Origin: Lepidodermella squamata
Taxonomy: Eukaryota; Animalia; Gastrotricha
Direction of reading: 5' to 3'
Assembly: GCA_047495785.1 (NCBI GenBank)
Contig: JBLDXI010000054.1
Location: forward strand, 3,658,001-3,722,000
Length of the DNA: 64,000 nucleotides
Shown one piece after another: positions 61,309 through 64,000 of this stretch. Below the pieces are notes generated by a model that saw only the letters and a list, made by a program, of their open reading frames with translations, ran no database searches and was not told the DNA's origin. The position numbers were made by a program, and so were the translations under genes. How positions within the stretch are numbered: the stretch's first letter is position 1; each line of letters begins with the position of its first letter.

Positions 61309-62579
61309 ATGAACAACCAAATGACAAACGGTAACAACACCAACGGCGTGGCCTGTGACGGTTTCACGATAAAACTCGAAGGCAAAACGAGTGCAACGAT
61401 GACACCGAGGCAGCATCTACTTTCGATAATGCAATCTCGAACGTTATCGGAATGTCTGTACATCTGCGCGGAACGGGGCATTGCCAACCATGTCAGAAAA
61501 ACCGAGTCGGTCAGCGCCGCGGAACTGGCGAAGCGTCTCGGCTACAACGAAGGCAATCTGCGAAGGTTCATGTCTTATTTAGCCAGCCATGGCATTTTCC
61601 GCGAGCTTCAAAACGGCGTTTTCATTGGCACCGATTTGTCGGACGCGATGCGAGACGACGCCCCGGACAGTTGTGCAAAAGGCCTGCGATGGGCCGGCTG
61701 TGAGCCAATGACGAAAGCTCTGTACCAAATGGAACACTCGCTTCGAACCGGCCAAGAAGCGTTCAGCGTTGCAAATGGCGCGCCAATGTATGACTTTCTA
61801 TCGGCTAACCCTGGCTACGAGACCTTGTTCGACCAAGCTATGCCAGCTTATCACGAATTGATGGTAAAACACTTGACTACCCGTTACGATTTCAACGGCC
61901 ATCCTAGAATTGTCGAGCTCGCTGGCGGCCGTGGGCAGTTGGCGAAACACATTTTGCAACGATTTCCCAGCGTCGCTAGCCTGACAATGATCGAGCGTGA
62001 ATCTGTTGTTAGAAACATCTTGCCTGAATTAATCACCGATCCTGCTTTCAACGCTCGATTCAAAGCTGTTTCCGGCGATATTTTCCAGCCTATTAGTGTA
62101 ATTTTATTATTATTTTTTTGTAAAAAATGACGAAACAAATTAAGGCGGAATTTTTTAATTTTCGGAAATTTGAAAAATTTGAATTTGAATTTTTTAAATT
62201 TTCTGTTGAATTTTGTTTTTTTTAGGCGGACGGTGATTTGTACGTTGTTCTCAATACGATGCACAATTTCAGCGACGAACAAGTTGCGCAAATTCTCGCC
62301 AATTTGCGAGTCGCGTTGCAGCGCAATACAAACGGCCGGCAGTGTAAATTGCTCATCGTCGAGTTCGACACTTATTGCTATGAAGCAAACGAGCCGGCGA
62401 ACCTGGCTCGATGCATCGATCTGCTGATGATGTACGGCTTTGGCGGCAAACAACGCAACGAAGACGCGTGGCGCACACTCCTCGCCGCTGCTGGCTTGCA
62501 GCTGGTCGACGCCACTAATGGCATAATTCGTCTGCCGCCCATGTTCACCGCCTATGAGTGCAAGCTACTCGCGAATTGA
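61309..62579 (+). CDS. Class II SAM-dependent O-methyltransferase (ASMT / Methyltransf_2 type with winged-helix dimerisation domain)
   Basis: SAAELAKRLG..LRRFMSYLASHGIF; VELAGGRG; SGDIFQPI; MHNFSDE; GGKQRN. One phase-0 intron 62098-62225. Confidence 0.92.
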
Positions 62580-62757
62580 GTGAATACTTAATTGAACCGC
62601 TCTCCAATTATCATTTAAAGTTCACCTATCTGTCCTAGATAAGTCGAGGTTCGAAATTTTCCACGCATAATTCAACTGTTTATTCGAAATTATTAGTGAA
62701 TAGTTTATAACACGCTTGACTTTGCTCAGTTGCGAAATAAAAATATTTTCTAGATAA

Positions 62758-63171
62758 TTATCCTAAAATATCGCTTGCGACAGTAGCAGCGAATTCGCTA
62801 TATCGGCGAATTTTTTCGAGATTCAGCATATCGCAGGTGTCTTTGCCGTCGTCGCATGATGCCCAGTGAGTCCACCTGCAGCGGTTAACGCATGAAATAT
62901 TGCAGTCTTCGATGCATACTGATTTGCAGATTTTCCAACACGGTGAAGTGATCAGTAGGATGACGAAGGTGAACGAGGCTATTAGGGCGACGGTCAGTGT
63001 GACCAGAAACAGGCATTTGAGAAAGGAGCAGCAGTTTTCGAGCCGGTTGTGCCGTGTTGGCGACATGAAAACGGCCGAGTAGTAGGCTGGTGGCAAGTCG
63101 TCGCCGCTCTCCACCACATCACCAACCGGTTCGAGAGTCAAATAGCTGTTACTTCCACTAGTTTTAGACAT
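62758..63171 (-). CDS. Small single-pass membrane protein with cytosolic PPxY and Cys-rich C-terminus
   Basis: LPPAY; TM CLFLVTLTVALIASFTFVILLI; CWKICKSVCIEDCNISCVNRC..C..C; GC-richer than flanks. Confidence 0.7.
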   Translation of the reverse strand: MSKTSGSNSYLTLEPVGDVVESGDDLPPAYYSAVFMSPTRHNRLENCCSFLKCLFLVTLTVALIASFTFVILLITSPCWKICKSVCIEDCNISCVNRCRWTHWASCDDGKDTCDMLNLEKIRRYSEFAATVASDILG

Positions 63172-64000
63172 CGTCTATTTGCTGATTGCTCGGGGTGAAA
63201 AAGGGCGTTATATCGCTGCTACTGCGGGTGCATGCCTGTTTGTTTACCCCCAACTGTCAGCGCTTAAATACGAGGTCCAGTCACCGATTAGGCATTGCTG
63301 GGAAAGGAACAAAAGCCTGTATGTGTAGTGGTTAGCCTCATGGTGACGTAGTTTTTTCTGTTCTTATTCACCACAGCCCACCTACGCATACCACGTAACG
63401 CTATAAGGTTATCATTGAATCATACCACAGCTGAGATGGAAAAAAATCCCACACTCGCTCTTTACGCTACTTCGATTCATTATAGGAAGTCTTGCTTAAA
63501 CAATTAAGCAAATAAAAAGCATTATTTCGAACTCAAAGGTCCGAGGAGAACAATCATTTTAGGGACCACAGGGCTTCTGGCTTTGATTGGCACAGGTAAC
63601 TGGAAACAATAAATTCAAGGATTTTCGGCTTAATTGTGCAAAGAAAATACTGTTGTCACACTTGTTCTCGCTTCATTGACATATTCGTAGAAAATTATCC
63701 GTAAAAATCGACACATTCTAATTCTGGGTGAATCTAATTCTAATTCTGTCTCGAGAATTGAACCTAAAATGTGACTTGAAACACAGACAGTAATTGTTAC
63801 TCGAAACCAAGTTTCACCGAATTTTAGCAAATTGAGAAACTTCATGAGGGACTCATGGTGCGGCCGTAGATATCAATTAATTCCGAATTCGATATTGATT
63901 CGGCCAAGGGTCATACGGTCTGGCATTATTTTTGAGCCGGAAAAAAACTGTTCAAAGTCAGGCTTTCGAACAGGACTCGATCCATATATACTTCAACCAC

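Overview
Eukaryotic DNA from a compact-genome invertebrate animal: GT-AG introns are mostly 46-66 nt, CpG is abundant, and no rRNA, tRNA or CRISPR array was seen. Genes in order: a non-alpha Cys-loop channel subunit (-); a decayed GPCR-like ORF set (-); an L-type Cav1 alpha1 gene (-, 4.1-13.5 kb) with an antisense gene nested in one intron; a frameshifted histone H4-like relic; an orphan ORF; two intronless tandem-domain dCMP-deaminase-like genes (pseudo-catalytic N domain, intact C domain); an RGM-like GPI-anchored protein; an S1 serine protease; ABRA; a SUV39-like chromo-SET gene; three carbonyl-reductase-like SDRs plus SVIP at operon-like spacing; three small intronless genes built from repeated eIF4E-binding modules; an O-methyltransferase; and a PPxY membrane protein. 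Several non-autonomous DNA transposons are present (hAT, P-like, MULE-like). Best candidates for undescribed biology: (1) the multivalent 4E-BP-like cluster at 54.3-59.3 kb, one member also carrying a PP1-docking motif; (2) a 1.4-kb element bounded by two long strand-specific hairpins with periodic tandem G.A mismatches; (3) the double-domain deaminase pair. All family assignments come from motif recognition by eye; no searches were run.
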